A stretch of DNA of 64,000 bases from the human T2T-CHM13v2.0 reference genome, Homo sapiens. A program made the position numbers and the translations under genes. How positions within the stretch are numbered: position 1 is the first letter of the stretch; the number at the start of each line of letters is the position of its first letter. This document shows, piece after piece, positions 63,791 to 64,000 of this stretch. The stretch lies in NCBI RefSeq assembly GCF_009914755.1, contig NC_060946.1. One strand, 5' to 3'. Under the pieces are notes generated by a model. It worked only from the letters and a program-made list of their open reading frames with translations, was not told where the DNA came from and ran no database searches.

Positions 63791-64000
63791 GCAGGCCATC
63801 CTACAAGCACCCGGACACTTGACATCCGTGGTGTCAAGACAACTCTAAGAAGGTTTTCCGTGATCCTGCAAGCCCTGCCTTCCTTCCTGGGATCCTGCCT
63901 TCAATTTGATTGCACAGGTACCACAGCAAGCCAGTGCTGCGTGCTCCGAGTTCCAGGGCATCCTCCAGCTCAGCCACTGCACTGAGAACATGGACTCTCT
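63530..64000 (+). pseudogene. POM121L: 5' leader and start codon of a POM121-like (POM121L family) pseudogene
   Basis: Window ends GAGAAC-ATG GAC TCT CT (ATG at 63990 = MDSL..., as in the POM121L1P-type N-terminus MDSLWGPGAG). The leader resembles recalled POM121L transcripts, and the GGT(-)/E2F6P(+)/POM121L(+) order is typical of LCR22. The transcript start is approximate. Confidence 0.7.

Overview
Human (primate) euchromatic DNA, repeat-rich, with the architecture of a 22q11.2 low-copy repeat (LCR22) mosaic. There is no intact protein-coding gene. Left to right: (1) the 5' part of a GGT1 paralogue of the GGT2/GGT3P type on the minus strand (5'-UTR exons and three coding exons, ~2969-7773; the gene continues off the left edge), whose second coding exon has a GT>AT donor mutation; (2) an Alu without a target-site duplication (TSD) at 8777-9101, marking a probable junction into ~52 kb of duplicated IGSF3 sequence (one Ig-V exon at 9863-10241 with a 1-bp insertion, followed by what is probably its long upstream intron); (3) a full-length E2F6 processed pseudogene (48995-51217, + strand, poly(A), 15-bp TSD) inserted in that block; (4) a duplicated inverted-Alu module (61.1-63.4 kb), then a CpG-rich promoter with an RFX X-box and five MYB motifs, leading into the start of a POM121L-type pseudogene (ATG at 63990). 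Nearly all ORFs in the supplied track are Alu-derived or chance ORFs. The most interesting observations are: a possible bidirectional spermatocyte promoter whose minus-strand transcript would run antisense through the E2F6 retrocopy and on into IGSF3-GGT; a TSD-flanked chimeric insert made of a tRNA-Lys-like 3' fragment plus an L1 3' end; and an E2F6 retrocopy that preserves an alternative splice event. Gene and repeat identities rest on recalled reference sequences, not on a database search, and the exact paralogue numbers cannot be fixed from this window.
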